Origin: Candidatus Berkelbacteria bacterium RIFCSPLOWO2_01_FULL_50_28
GTDB taxonomy: Bacteria; Patescibacteriota; UBA1384; 2-12-FULL-50-11
Length of the DNA stretch: 64,000 bases
Assembly: GCA_001774395.1 (NCBI GenBank)
Contig: MEZX01000002.1
Coordinates: 481,524 to 545,523, forward strand
Direction of reading: 5' to 3'
Made by a program: the position numbers and the translations under genes. Below are positions 8,623 through 18,413 of this stretch, in pieces. The notes under the pieces are model-generated. The model did not search any database. It saw nothing but the letters and a program-made list of their open reading frames with translations, and had not been told where the DNA came from. Within the stretch, counting starts at the first letter, position 1. Each line of letters opens with the position of its first letter.

Positions 8623-10746
8623 ATGTACACAACACCAAATTTCGTTGTCGATGCTCTTCGGAGCATCACCGGCTCAGAGAATGCTCTGAGCATGTCGTCG
8701 ATTCACTACTGCCCTACGGCAGAGAGCTGGAAGCAGGCTTTGGGATGCCTGATGGCTGACAGCAAGACAGCTGGTCGCCACTGGATCACACTGCATGCAA
8801 TTCTCGGTCACGCGATCTATCCCGTATCCACAAAGAACTCTCGGGTCGCTCCGTTCGCGCTCATCTCATCTGAGGCGATCAAAGCTTACAGCTCGTTACT
8901 TGAGTCCAGCCCGCTGGCCCGGGCGACCCTGTTCTACGAGGCCGGTCGCAGTTCGCAGAACAAGGAGAGAATCGGCAAGGTCTTCGTCAACCACTGGTTG
9001 CAGGGACACCCCGAGTTCAAGGACCTCTGGGAGGACGTCGGTCGGAATCTCTACACGCTCGCTGATCTGGCAAAGTTGTTCAAGGCTTCGCGGAAGGATC
9101 TCATTCTGCCCGACGCCGAAAACATCACGATGCTAGCCGCCTGTCATCGCCTGACTACCGTTCCACCGAAAGATACTTGGGGCAGCTACGCCCTAGAACT
9201 CTTGCGGCTATCGCGGCAGCACCCTGGGTTCAAACAGGAGGCGGTGGTTCTTGCCGCTCGTCAGATGCAGAACGTGGCGAACTGTGAGGCGAAGGGCGGG
9301 GCAGTTGGAGAGCATACAAGTCAGTGGGCAACTCTGCTCGCGGCGGAACTGACGACGAACTTCGTCCAGTACGGGGAAGAGATCTGTAAGGCGGTACGAG
9401 GCGAGGCCAACGCCAACACTCCTTTCGGGTTCTTTCAAGTTAATCCCGGTGACTATCGCCCAGCACTTCGTAAACTGATCACCAGCGTGATCGGGAGGTT
9501 ATCGCCAACGGAAATCAGCTGGATTGCTGATGGGCATTGGCACGACGACTATTGCGATGAGCAAGGAAAGCTTTGGGCGGCGCTCTGTGCTTACCCAGAC
9601 AAGCTAAACTTTGACCAGCAAATTCGGGCCTTGGTTGAGGGCTTGCTCTCGATCGTTGTTCTGGACAGAACGCGAGTCCCGACGGGCAAAACAAATGGTC
9701 AGCAGGAGCACTACATGAAGAGGTGGTGGCTCCGATATCCGGAAGACGTTCGTTTTCGTGCCCTAGGTGTGTTGTTTGGCGAGAAGGATCGGCTAATGGT
9801 CAAAGTTCTAGACCAAAGGCTCTTCTGGGGCGTGGAAGACGACTACTGGCCAATGCTCGAGCGGCTTGCTCGCGCCGGCAAGATGCCAGCCTGGTGGGTC
9901 GTCAAAAACTCGTCCCGTGGCAATCTGGTTCAACACTGGATCAATAATCTTGGTGAACGCATGCTCTACTCGGGTCAAGCTGAGCTTGCTGAATTAATCA
10001 TCAAGCAACATCTACGTGCCGGGAGGACACTGGCGGACCCCAAAGTTGCCAAACCACTGCTCGAGAATGGCTATCGTGTTACTGGTTCTACTGCTGAAGC
10101 CTGCAACCTGGCTGAAGCAATCTACGCCGACTCGTCACTTGCAGGTGTAGTGTGGGAGGACAAGCCCTGGTGGCGCGACGCCATTGCCAAGCACGCAGGG
10201 TTCAACGTGACGCTGATTACAACTTTTCTTGGGCTCAGTGAGGCCGAAGACGCTGAACTTCTCGCGTTTTTCTCGGCTCAGGAGAGAACTCTATGTCGGT
10301 TGGTCGAGTTTGCGATTGGCAGTGAGCACAAGCAACACGAGTTGGTTCCGAGGGCTCGCAAGCTACTCGAAATTGACATCGAGTTGGCGAAGCGCGCTCG
10401 TCTATTCGTGCTGGAAAAGGACCGGGGTTGGTTGCTGTTCAGCTGGCCGGAGGGCGCACAAGCACTCTTGACCGATGAGCAGATCCGGGAAGAGATTCTC
10501 ACGAATCGAACCGGTGCTTTCTCTGTCGAGAAGTTCGGTGGCCTCTTTGTAGACGATCAAGCCGTAGACAGGCTTCGTGGCCGGCTACTGAAGGAGTTCG
10601 ATGAGAAGATGGGTTCCGTCAAGCTTTGGGACCTGAGCTGGGCTAAGTGGGTGAAGGCATTTGGCTTTCAGACACAACAGCCCTTCGTCATTCGCCTTCA
10701 GTCGTTGATCGGTCGGACGCTGGAGGTCGCCCGAATCGTCGCCTAG
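8623..10746 (+). CDS. Large hypothetical protein of 707 aa with no recognisable motif. It is visibly GC-richer than its neighbours.
   Basis: Long intact ORF. Upstream lie an extended -10 (TTTGTATAATC at ~8503-8513) and a strong AGGAG RBS. A GC hairpin follows at 10758-10790. Confidence 0.6.
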   Translation: MYTTPNFVVDALRSITGSENALSMSSIHYCPTAESWKQALGCLMADSKTAGRHWITLHAILGHAIYPVSTKNSRVAPFALISSEAIKAYSSLLESSPLARATLFYEAGRSSQNKERIGKVFVNHWLQGHPEFKDLWEDVGRNLYTLADLAKLFKASRKDLILPDAENITMLAACHRLTTVPPKDTWGSYALELLRLSRQHPGFKQEAVVLAARQMQNVANCEAKGGAVGEHTSQWATLLAAELTTNFVQYGEEICKAVRGEANANTPFGFFQVNPGDYRPALRKLITSVIGRLSPTEISWIADGHWHDDYCDEQGKLWAALCAYPDKLNFDQQIRALVEGLLSIVVLDRTRVPTGKTNGQQEHYMKRWWLRYPEDVRFRALGVLFGEKDRLMVKVLDQRLFWGVEDDYWPMLERLARAGKMPAWWVVKNSSRGNLVQHWINNLGERMLYSGQAELAELIIKQHLRAGRTLADPKVAKPLLENGYRVTGSTAEACNLAEAIYADSSLAGVVWEDKPWWRDAIAKHAGFNVTLITTFLGLSEAEDAELLAFFSAQERTLCRLVEFAIGSEHKQHELVPRARKLLEIDIELAKRARLFVLEKDRGWLLFSWPEGAQALLTDEQIREEILTNRTGAFSVEKFGGLFVDDQAVDRLRGRLLKEFDEKMGSVKLWDLSWAKWVKAFGFQTQQPFVIRLQSLIGRTLEVARIVA

Positions 10747-10810
10747 TGTTGGTGAGGTTTCCATCAAATGCCGCGGGACTCGTTCTCGCGGCATTGTTCG
10801 ATCAGTATTG

Positions 10811-11278
10811 TTAATATCCCTGCGGAGGTTTGGCAGTTGATTTAAGTTTATTTAGCTCTAGCTCGTTTATTTTTGCCATCGTCAGTGAAAGATAGCCGTC
10901 TAGTTCGTCTAGTTTGCCACCGCGTTTTGCTATTTCACTACGAATAAATTCCTCGGTTTTAGCAAAATCGTTTTTGAATTTGGTGTTGATATCTTTCCAG
11001 GCAACACCTTTAAGCGAAACTGCTACACGCTCATTGTAAGGCAATTTTTTCGTTGCCATAAGGAATGCGATCATCGGGTAACCGAGATAACCCCTCCAGT
11101 AAGAACCGTTGTCATTCGATGTAATCGAGTTCGTTTCGGGTTCGTAGACGACGTCGTAAAACTTTCCGCCAGACGAAGAGCGGACCTTGGCGTTATCGCC
11201 GTTGATTTCTAGTCGTTCATCAGCGACTGCTCCTAGCGCTTCGTATATTTTAATAACTGGCGGATTTTTCCATTTCAT
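10811..11278 (-). CDS. Hypothetical protein.
   Basis: ORF only. Confidence 0.4.
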   Translation of the reverse strand: MKWKNPPVIKIYEALGAVADERLEINGDNAKVRSSSGGKFYDVVYEPETNSITSNDNGSYWRGYLGYPMIAFLMATKKLPYNERVAVSLKGVAWKDINTKFKNDFAKTEEFIRSEIAKRGGKLDELDGYLSLTMAKINELELNKLKSTAKPPQGY

Positions 11279-11317
11279 ATCTCAAATTCTACTCCTGGTA
11301 CCGGAAAAGTCGAGCAA

Positions 11318-11866
11318 TCAGTTACGATATTTTTTGTGCAAATATTTAAATAATTCTCTGAATTCGTCTGGGTGATCGAGGTAATCGGGATATTTTGCGG
11401 CTAGAAGTGATTCCAGCTTGCGATAGTCTATATATTTAACTTCCGATACCTCTTCCTCTTGAAGTAGAAACGTGCTTGGATTAAAGTCTCCACTTACTAG
11501 GTATACATCATTGAATTCCCTATTAATGTAATCGTTGCGAACCTTTTTTTCCTGGGTGACAGTAAAGAGATGCCTGAAATCTTTATCTTCTAGATGCAGC
11601 CCCAGCTCTTCCTGAGCCTCGCGAATGGCGGCAGATATTGGTGTCTCACCGGCCGGAACGTGACCAGCGACAGATATATCCCACATATTTGGGGAAGTTT
11701 CTTTTTGAGGGGCTCGTTTTTGGAGCAACAATTCCTGTTTTGAGTTTATAATCCAAACGTGAGCCGACTTGTGCCAGAGTCCCCTTCTGTGAACTTCATC
11801 ACGATGTAAAACCTTCCCCAATTTCTGCCCACTTTCGTCTAGAACGTCAAACCTTTCGTCGCTCAT
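11318..11866 (-). CDS. NUDIX hydrolase.
   Basis: Nudix box GHVPAGETPISAAIREAQEELGL. Confidence 0.85.
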   Translation of the reverse strand: MSDERFDVLDESGQKLGKVLHRDEVHRRGLWHKSAHVWIINSKQELLLQKRAPQKETSPNMWDISVAGHVPAGETPISAAIREAQEELGLHLEDKDFRHLFTVTQEKKVRNDYINREFNDVYLVSGDFNPSTFLLQEEEVSEVKYIDYRKLESLLAAKYPDYLDHPDEFRELFKYLHKKYRN

Positions 11867-11869
11867 TTA

Positions 11870-13267
11870 CTATTTGAAAATGCTGATTATTTTTTTACCG
11901 GCTTGTTTAGTGTGCCAGATTTTTTCCGGCAGCATTGTTGAGCCGCAGAAGTTTACAGATTCAACGTGGTTGTTTTTATCGAAAGTAAACTTTATTAGTT
12001 CGCTTGCCGAGTTATAGCCATTAGTTTTAGTCACCTTCAGGGTCTCATTATCGACAAAAGTAAGCTCCTCGGGGTTACTAAACGGTTTCCATCCTGGGTA
12101 AGCTGCTAATAGCTTTGCACCCACATGAACGATATCTGTCACACCCCATAAGCTGATGTACCGGCCGCAAAAGGGCTTGAATTTTACAGAGCTGCGACCT
12201 AGTTTGTCGTGTTCTTTGTAGTAGTCGAGAATAGAAAGTATTCCATAACCCACAGCGTCGAGATCACTCCCGAGACAGTTGGTTAATACCACTAGCATAA
12301 GGTCGTCTTCTGGATCGTATAGGGTCATCGTTAGCTGGCCCGGGAAACCACCGCTGTGGCCCCAGAGTCTCTTCTCGCCGTAGTATTCAACGGTCAGTCC
12401 TAGCCCGTATTCTTCACCATCCAAGCTGTTGTGAACTCGCCATTGCGTCCGTTGCATCTCTTTTTTCGACTCATCGCTCAGCAACTTGCCCGAACCCACT
12501 CGTAGAGCGCGATAAAAAGTGCATAGATCCTCAGCGTTGGAATAGAACCCCGTTGCCGGTGCTAAGGCGCCGGTGGATATGTTTTCGATTGGCAAACGGT
12601 TCTTGTGCGTATCTTTTCGACTGTAACCCGTAACGAGCTTATTTTCGATTTCGTTTGTGATGTCCGGGCCGGTGTTAGCTAACTTGAGCGGTTTAATGAT
12701 GCTATCGCTGACAAATTTACTGTATGACTTACCTGAAACGGTCTCGATCAGTAGTCCCAAAATTCCGTAACCGATGTTGGAGTATTTCATCTGGGTGTTA
12801 GCATCTATTATTAAGTTCGCTTCCAAAACCAGTTTCTTGAGCTCCTCGTTGTTTGGGAAAGCTCCTTCCAGTTGCCAATAGTCTGCCAATGAACCGTCGC
12901 GGATTACACCAGCGCTATGTGACAGAACCTGGCGAATCGTAACTTTCTGCCAGCGCGAATCGGAATGTTTCTGCAAAAACGGCAAGTATTGGACGACGAA
13001 ATCGTCGATTTTTAATTTACCTTGCTCGGCCAGCTGTAAGATGGCGGTTGCGGTGAAGCTTTTAGAATGGCTTGCGATGCGAAATATATGCTCCGGAGTC
13101 ATAGACTCATGTTTCTCAGTACTGGCCTCGCCGTACGCTTTACCAAAAACTGTTTTGCCTTTGTGAGTTAAGGCCACGACAAATCCGGGAGTGTCGCCTT
13201 GTTGATAGCGGAAACTCAACCACGGTTTGATGTACTCAATCGCCTGTAGCAATACCTTGGGGTTCAT
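11870..13267 (-). CDS. Serine hydrolase of the beta-lactamase / penicillin-binding family.
   Basis: SxxK motif (ASHSKSFTA) in an N-terminal domain of ~350 aa, plus a C-terminal extension. Confidence 0.75.
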   Translation of the reverse strand: MNPKVLLQAIEYIKPWLSFRYQQGDTPGFVVALTHKGKTVFGKAYGEASTEKHESMTPEHIFRIASHSKSFTATAILQLAEQGKLKIDDFVVQYLPFLQKHSDSRWQKVTIRQVLSHSAGVIRDGSLADYWQLEGAFPNNEELKKLVLEANLIIDANTQMKYSNIGYGILGLLIETVSGKSYSKFVSDSIIKPLKLANTGPDITNEIENKLVTGYSRKDTHKNRLPIENISTGALAPATGFYSNAEDLCTFYRALRVGSGKLLSDESKKEMQRTQWRVHNSLDGEEYGLGLTVEYYGEKRLWGHSGGFPGQLTMTLYDPEDDLMLVVLTNCLGSDLDAVGYGILSILDYYKEHDKLGRSSVKFKPFCGRYISLWGVTDIVHVGAKLLAAYPGWKPFSNPEELTFVDNETLKVTKTNGYNSASELIKFTFDKNNHVESVNFCGSTMLPEKIWHTKQAGKKIISIFK

Positions 13268-13310
13268 TTGTTACATTTTACTCCTGGGCGCCCAAATGTC
13301 GAGGTGAAAA

Positions 13311-13865
13311 TTAGATGTCGACTAACTTTGCGCTGTTCTTGTATTCTTCAAAATCTGCCACGAACCGAATAGTTTTCAAATCGGCGCGCTCAATAAACAT
13401 TACTCCGTTCAAGTGGTCGATTTCGTGTTGAATAATTCGTGCTAATTTTCCGTCAAAACTGTTGATCTGCTCCTGGCCTTTTTCGTCCAAAAATCGTACT
13501 TCGATTTCAGCCGGTCGGATCACTTCCGCTACTAGCGGCAGGCTACTCAGGCACCCTTCCGGAAAAGTATTTTTACTCTTTGATTGCTTAATAATGACTG
13601 GATTTATGAATGGGATATACGCACCTTCCCAGTAGATTACGGTGAGTGATTTGGGGATTCCAACCTGCGGCGCCGCAATTGCCACTCCCCTACCAAGATT
13701 CTGGATCCTTTTGAGTGCTTTCTTAAGCTTCTGTATATCCTTGGCCGTTTCGCCGTTTTTTATCTCCTCACTGGAAATTTGCTTGGTTTTCAAGCGAAGT
13801 ATGGGATCGCCTAGCCAGCGAATTTCTTTGGGAAATTTTGCCAATTCTCTCAGCTCCTCTTTCAT
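13311..13865 (-). CDS. def: Peptide deformylase.
   Basis: Motifs GVAIAAPQVG, EGCLS and HEIDHLNG. The start is taken at MKEELREL. Confidence 0.85.
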   Translation of the reverse strand: MKEELRELAKFPKEIRWLGDPILRLKTKQISSEEIKNGETAKDIQKLKKALKRIQNLGRGVAIAAPQVGIPKSLTVIYWEGAYIPFINPVIIKQSKSKNTFPEGCLSSLPLVAEVIRPAEIEVRFLDEKGQEQINSFDGKLARIIQHEIDHLNGVMFIERADLKTIRFVADFEEYKNSAKLVDI

Positions 13866-13924
13866 ATATTCGATTCTACTCCCGAACCAAGTGATCCGCC
13901 AGCTGGTAGAGTTGAGAGATTTGA

Positions 13925-14314
13925 TTACTTTAGCTTTATGAGTAATTCCTCTGGAGAACTTATGAAATCGCGGAACAGAACGTTGCGGCAAAGTTCGCTG
14001 GGGTCTTTGGCGAAGGCATATATCGGCTTACTTAACGCGACTGCACAGCCGATCTCTAGAGTGGTACTAACCCCCGAGTAACCGTCCTTGTTGTAGATGT
14101 AGACGACGTCGGCCGTACGTATTTTTTGAAAATGGTCGTGGGTTAATCCGAGGACAACGAAGTTCTTATTTTTGGCCGACAGCTGATTCCAACCATCTTT
14201 TATCTCGTACAAGTATGGTTCGTAAACGATAACTCCGGCTTCTTTCAGCTTACGACCAAACTCTCTAATGTCTGTTTTGAATCTCCTGCTACCACACAAT
14301 ACAACCGACTTCAT
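13925..14314 (-). CDS. Nucleoside 2-deoxyribosyltransferase-like protein.
   Basis: MKSVVLCGSRRF...ADVVYIYNKDGYSGVSTTLEIGCAVALSKPIYAF resembles the NDT-like Rossmann family. Confidence 0.5.
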   Translation of the reverse strand: MKSVVLCGSRRFKTDIREFGRKLKEAGVIVYEPYLYEIKDGWNQLSAKNKNFVVLGLTHDHFQKIRTADVVYIYNKDGYSGVSTTLEIGCAVALSKPIYAFAKDPSELCRNVLFRDFISSPEELLIKLK

Positions 14315-14463
14315 TCTCCTATAATTACACTGTAACTTTATGAATTGCAAAACCGATACCCCTTCCGCACGCATTTTATGACTCATATGTTATATGACAA
14401 TAAAGTCATAAGATGCCTTAAGGTCGAATCAGTAGGAGGAGGTTTGTTGTTTGCCAGCAAAAG

Positions 14464-15057
14464 TTAAAGCTTTTTCTTGGCTAGCAACCAGGCCGGTTCG
14501 GGAATGAAGGTTATTTCGGGCCAGGCATCGATTTCGTGCTCGGTAAAGTCGTAGTACTTTTGGTAGGCTGTCTCAACACTGCCATGCATCGCATTCTTCC
14601 AATCGAAGCCGAGCTTGCCTGCTAGCTGCTGTATTTCGGATTCGGTTAGTGCTTCCAGCTCAACAAACGTCGGTATCCACGGCCAAGTATCGATAGTAAT
14701 TTCGCACTTGCTGAGAGTCCACTTCTCTCTTTTAGTTTCCTGGTACGCTTTCTGAGCTAGGCCAATAGCTGTGAGTAGGTCGACGGTTTTTTCGAAATCC
14801 CCCACCGTAACTTCGATCTCTTTGGTGCCGTGAAGGGTACGATCATTCAACTGTTTGTAGGAAAAAGTGACTTTATCGCCTTCGTCGCGTACGCGAATCC
14901 AGCCGCCAATATCCTTCAAACGCGAGTCAGGATAATCAAACACACAGCGCCGCATCTGTCACTCGGGGTAAATCAACTTTGAACCCACATCTTTGAGCTT
15001 CTTTCGCAACTTATCAGCGTCAATATCTAAAAACTTTGCCTCAATCTCAGTTTGCAT
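14464..15057 (-). pseudogene. CYTH-domain protein (CyaB/thiamine-triphosphatase family) interrupted by an in-frame TGA at 14959-14961.
   Basis: Manual translation of the minus strand from ATG 15057 gives MQTEIEAKFLDIDADKLRKKLKDVGSKLIYPE-TGA-QMRRCVFDYPDSRLKD..., all in one frame. The EIEAKF signature lies before the stop. Confidence 0.6.
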
Positions 15058-15092
15058 TAGTTTATTTTACTCTTCGACGATGAAATATCGAG

Positions 15093-15947
15093 CTAACTTT
15101 GAAGGAATTTGGCGACGATTTTAGCAAGTTCTGACTCTTTGCCGGTGAAGCAGTGGTCGGTTCGGGTGATCTGGACTGCTTGGGTGACAGGGTTGTTTTG
15201 TTTCAATAGCTGGAGGGCGTCGTTAGTTGGAATCACGGTATACTCGTCATTCTCGTTGTCACTGATCGCCACCAAAATTGGTGATTTGATGTTTGAGTAC
15301 ATCACCAGCTTGTCGTTGTGTCGCAAGGGCAAGGTCTTTGAAAGCTCCGAATTTGGCGAGAAAAAGTTCAGAAATGACTTGGCAGATTGCGGCAAAACCT
15401 TGCCGTGACAAATCCACTCGCCGGTGAGGAACACCTCCGGTTTGCCTTGGTCGACTAGTGACTGAGCTTCTTGGAGTAAATCGTGAAGTTTCTCGCCGTA
15501 TGAGGTCTCTTCGTAGCCAAACGAGTCAGAAGGTCCGAGCAAAACAACTTTGGTGACCTTATATTTATGCTGGCCGCGGTCCATGTAGTAAACAACTTTC
15601 TCGCTTCCGAGGCTGTGGCCGGACAGGTAAATAATTTTGAACCCACGGGCAACGGCGAACTCAATCCAGGCATCAATGTCGAGCAAGCACTCTTCGAATA
15701 TCTCTTCGCAGGCGCCGCCCATCTCCCAGCCTTTGAGGGCATTAGCACCGCGGTTGTTAGTGGCCAATGTGGCAACAGCACTTTTCTCAAGTTCGCTGGC
15801 AATCACTGGCAAGAAGTCTTCAATATAAAAGTTGCTGGCTGTGCCATGAATGTTTATCATTACCCTGTCGGTTAGCTGGCTTGGGGTTGTCAGTAACCCG
15901 TGCAGTATCTGGTTGTCGGATGTTTTTACTTTTACAATGTTTTCCAT
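15093..15947 (-). CDS. Alpha/beta hydrolase.
   Basis: GHSLG nucleophile elbow. Confidence 0.7.
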   Translation of the reverse strand: MENIVKVKTSDNQILHGLLTTPSQLTDRVMINIHGTASNFYIEDFLPVIASELEKSAVATLATNNRGANALKGWEMGGACEEIFEECLLDIDAWIEFAVARGFKIIYLSGHSLGSEKVVYYMDRGQHKYKVTKVVLLGPSDSFGYEETSYGEKLHDLLQEAQSLVDQGKPEVFLTGEWICHGKVLPQSAKSFLNFFSPNSELSKTLPLRHNDKLVMYSNIKSPILVAISDNENDEYTVIPTNDALQLLKQNNPVTQAVQITRTDHCFTGKESELAKIVAKFLQS

Positions 15948-15960
15948 TTAGTTTTGGTTA

Positions 15961-16293
15961 CTAAAACATTCTCCCTGACGGGGCGCCGCCGAGGAGGTGG
16001 AGGTGAACATGGTCGATTTCTTGGCCGGCATGTTTGCCAACATTAAAGATTAACCGATATCCCGTTTCTTTGACGCCAAGAATTTGGGCGATTTCTTCCG
16101 ACCCCAAAAACATATCGTGCAGTTCTTCGGCGCGTAACTCTTCTGGCCGTTCAACATGACGCTTCGGCACTATCAAAACATGAACCGGCGCCTTCGGGTG
16201 AATATCCTTAAACGCCATGTAATGACTGGTTTCTAAAACCTTTTCGCACGGTAGGTTCCCTTCAATAATTTGGCAAAACAGGCACTTATCCAT
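15961..16293 (-). CDS. HIT family protein.
   Basis: HVHLHLLGG histidine triad. The start is MDKCLFCQI. Confidence 0.85.
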   Translation of the reverse strand: MDKCLFCQIIEGNLPCEKVLETSHYMAFKDIHPKAPVHVLIVPKRHVERPEELRAEELHDMFLGSEEIAQILGVKETGYRLIFNVGKHAGQEIDHVHLHLLGGAPSGRMF

Positions 16294-16404
16294 ATCCTTT
16301 ACATTAGTATATCTTTGACTATTTACCAAAACGCTCTTAGCTGCGTCATATATTATAATATATAAGAGAGCTAGAATATTTGTTTGTTTATTCCTTGGAA
16401 AAAT

Positions 16405-16450
16405 ACGCTTATAACCCTTGACTCAGGTATTGACTTCAGGTATACTGCGC
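16405..16450 (+). promoter_or_regulatory. Promoter with a tandem 13-14 bp repeat, TTGACTCAGGTAT / TTGACTTCAGGTAT, followed by TATACT.
   Basis: TTGACT-N17-TATACT. A ~100 nt leader with a small hairpin followed by a T-run (gcttcttgaggaagctttttt) precedes the 16554 start. Confidence 0.5.
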
Positions 16451-16553
16451 CCTGCTTCTTGAGGAAGCTTTTTTAGTAGGTAGCGGTTCGTCGTTGCCTG
16501 CGAGCTGGGTAACCGGCGCGAAAGCGTAACTCAAGTTGTCAGAGTAAGAAATT

Positions 16554-17240
16554 ATGAAATTGAAAGTTCTTCGCCGTTTGGCGAAGGCCAATCGAAGGTT
16601 CGTATTGAGCCTTAAAAACAAGGTGCTGAAGTTCAACAAACTCGCGTTACTATTTGTAATTGCGGCTCTGCTTATTCCTCACACCACTGGTGTTGAGGCG
16701 GCGCAGGACAGATCGGACAAACGAATCGTTTCGTCCGTGGCTGTAACCTACAAGGCGGATATCGTCACGACAAAGACAAAAAAAGTAAAAATCGTGGTCG
16801 AACCCGTCGAGCAGCAAGTGGTCAGTAAGCTAACGGTCGCTTCCGTCACAAGCGGCTCCCCTATCGCCGAGCTATCGAGCACTCAGAAGCGTGAGCTTGT
16901 GAAACGTGCCGCTAAGGCTTGGGGAGTAGACTGGAAGATTCTAGAAGCTGTCTGGCAAGTTGAATCGGGCAAGCAGTCGTATACTTACGTAAGTTCGTAT
17001 GCGGGTGCCCAAGGACCGTGTCAGTTTATGTACGGTACTTGGCTGGGCTACGCCCAGGACGGTAACGGCGACGGTCGCCAGGACGTTTATAACGCCCAAG
17101 ACTGTCTGTTCGGTTCCGCCAAATTGCTAGCTGCCAACGGTGCCGCTTCGGGTGACGTAACGCGAGCCCTGTTCGCTTACAACCACTCGTACGCTTATGT
17201 GGAGCTAGTGAAATCTATTGCTCGTTCAATTCGAGGTTAA
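16554..17240 (+). CDS. Lytic transglycosylase (SLT domain) with an N-terminal membrane anchor.
   Basis: EAVWQVESG...GPCQFMYGTW...AYNHSYAYV SLT motifs. Confidence 0.8.
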   Translation: MKLKVLRRLAKANRRFVLSLKNKVLKFNKLALLFVIAALLIPHTTGVEAAQDRSDKRIVSSVAVTYKADIVTTKTKKVKIVVEPVEQQVVSKLTVASVTSGSPIAELSSTQKRELVKRAAKAWGVDWKILEAVWQVESGKQSYTYVSSYAGAQGPCQFMYGTWLGYAQDGNGDGRQDVYNAQDCLFGSAKLLAANGAASGDVTRALFAYNHSYAYVELVKSIARSIRG

Positions 17241-17302
17241 CGCCTTGATCTTCGACTTCAGTCGGAGTCAACAAAGAGTCCCGCCGAAAGGCGGGCTTTT
17301 TG

Positions 17303-18394
17303 TTAAGTAGTTGGTTTTGGTTTGGGCAAGGTTCGGGTAACTGAACCGTCTTGCGGAATTACCTCAACCCAAATCTTACCGCGATTGAGGCTGATCTCTT
17401 GGCCACCACCGTCGTAGAAACGGGTTCGGCCAGTGCTCTGATTCTTCTCCCAGATACCTTTGGTTAGCTTGCCATCCTCGAAAACCCAAGCAATTCCACT
17501 GCCGATGGTGCGCATAATCCACTCCGCTTCGTGGCCGTTGTCGGCGTACGTGCCACCGTACGAGTGACCAACCTGCATCACGACAACGGTTGCAGCCTTG
17601 ATCTGCTTACCCGTCAGGCGGTCAAGGTGTTTCTCGCCCGCTAAGATTCGCGAGTAAGTGTTTGAGGTTTTGTTGTGGGTCCAATCAACTTGAAAATAAG
17701 GGCTGGAAAATTTGATGGTTACTTTCCCCCCGTCGGTAACAGTTTTCTCTGGGTCTTTGAATTTCCACGAGTCGTAGTCTGAAGTTTTGTCCCAGCCGCG
17801 TTGGCTGACGGAGTTTTTGAATATATCCTTGATGTTGGCAAAGAGCGTGTGTTCGGACGCGATCCCGGCAATTGGCTCACGCCAGTAAGTACCGTCGTTA
17901 GCGTGGGCGTAATCTTTAATGTTAAAGCCAAGAATATCGTTCATTGCCTTGGGCGAACCGCCAGCGTGGACGTAAACTCCGTCGTACTCGCGAAGGTAGC
18001 TAATAAAGTAACTTCGCGCCGAGCGAATCGGACCGGCTTTGACGGGAAGATTCTGCTGAAACAGCGCCATGAAACGAGTTATACCGCCCTCGGTAACAAT
18101 TTCATAAACTACGTCGGCGTCTACCAGCCCTACTTGCGGACGGGCGTCTGTGGAGTTCTCAATCATCGCCGCAACAGGACGAAGGTTTGCTAGCTCTTTC
18201 TTCACTAGGACACCGTTAAGCAAACTTGGCGCAAAGTCGGATTTTGACCCGTATTTAACCTTTTCGTTAAATTCGTCGCCGAATTGCCAGGTTGACAGAA
18301 GCACTGCTAATAGCAGGATAACTAACGAAATAATTGATCCGTAAAGCACGCTACGAGAGCGCGTCTTGAAAAACTGTTTTATTCTTGTCCACAT
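17303..18394 (-). CDS. DUF3048 domain protein, probably a lipoprotein.
   Basis: ENSTDARPQVGL..ADVVYE..EGGITRF signature. Confidence 0.75.
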   Translation of the reverse strand: MWTRIKQFFKTRSRSVLYGSIISLVILLLAVLLSTWQFGDEFNEKVKYGSKSDFAPSLLNGVLVKKELANLRPVAAMIENSTDARPQVGLVDADVVYEIVTEGGITRFMALFQQNLPVKAGPIRSARSYFISYLREYDGVYVHAGGSPKAMNDILGFNIKDYAHANDGTYWREPIAGIASEHTLFANIKDIFKNSVSQRGWDKTSDYDSWKFKDPEKTVTDGGKVTIKFSSPYFQVDWTHNKTSNTYSRILAGEKHLDRLTGKQIKAATVVVMQVGHSYGGTYADNGHEAEWIMRTIGSGIAWVFEDGKLTKGIWEKNQSTGRTRFYDGGGQEISLNRGKIWVEVIPQDGSVTRTLPKPKPTT

Positions 18395-18413
18395 TCCCCT
18401 CCCAATAGTTTAT

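Noticed and set aside
14959-14961. A global UGA reassignment (genetic code 4 or 25), suggested by the in-frame TGA in the CYTH gene.
   Set aside because: TGA clearly ends nusB (48442-48444) and the plsX-like gene (27280-27282). Long genes such as leuS, clpC and pheT are uninterrupted under the standard code.
16450-16553. A c-di-AMP (ydaO) riboswitch ahead of the lytic transglycosylase.
   Set aside because: The leader is too short and lacks the G-rich conserved ydaO segments.
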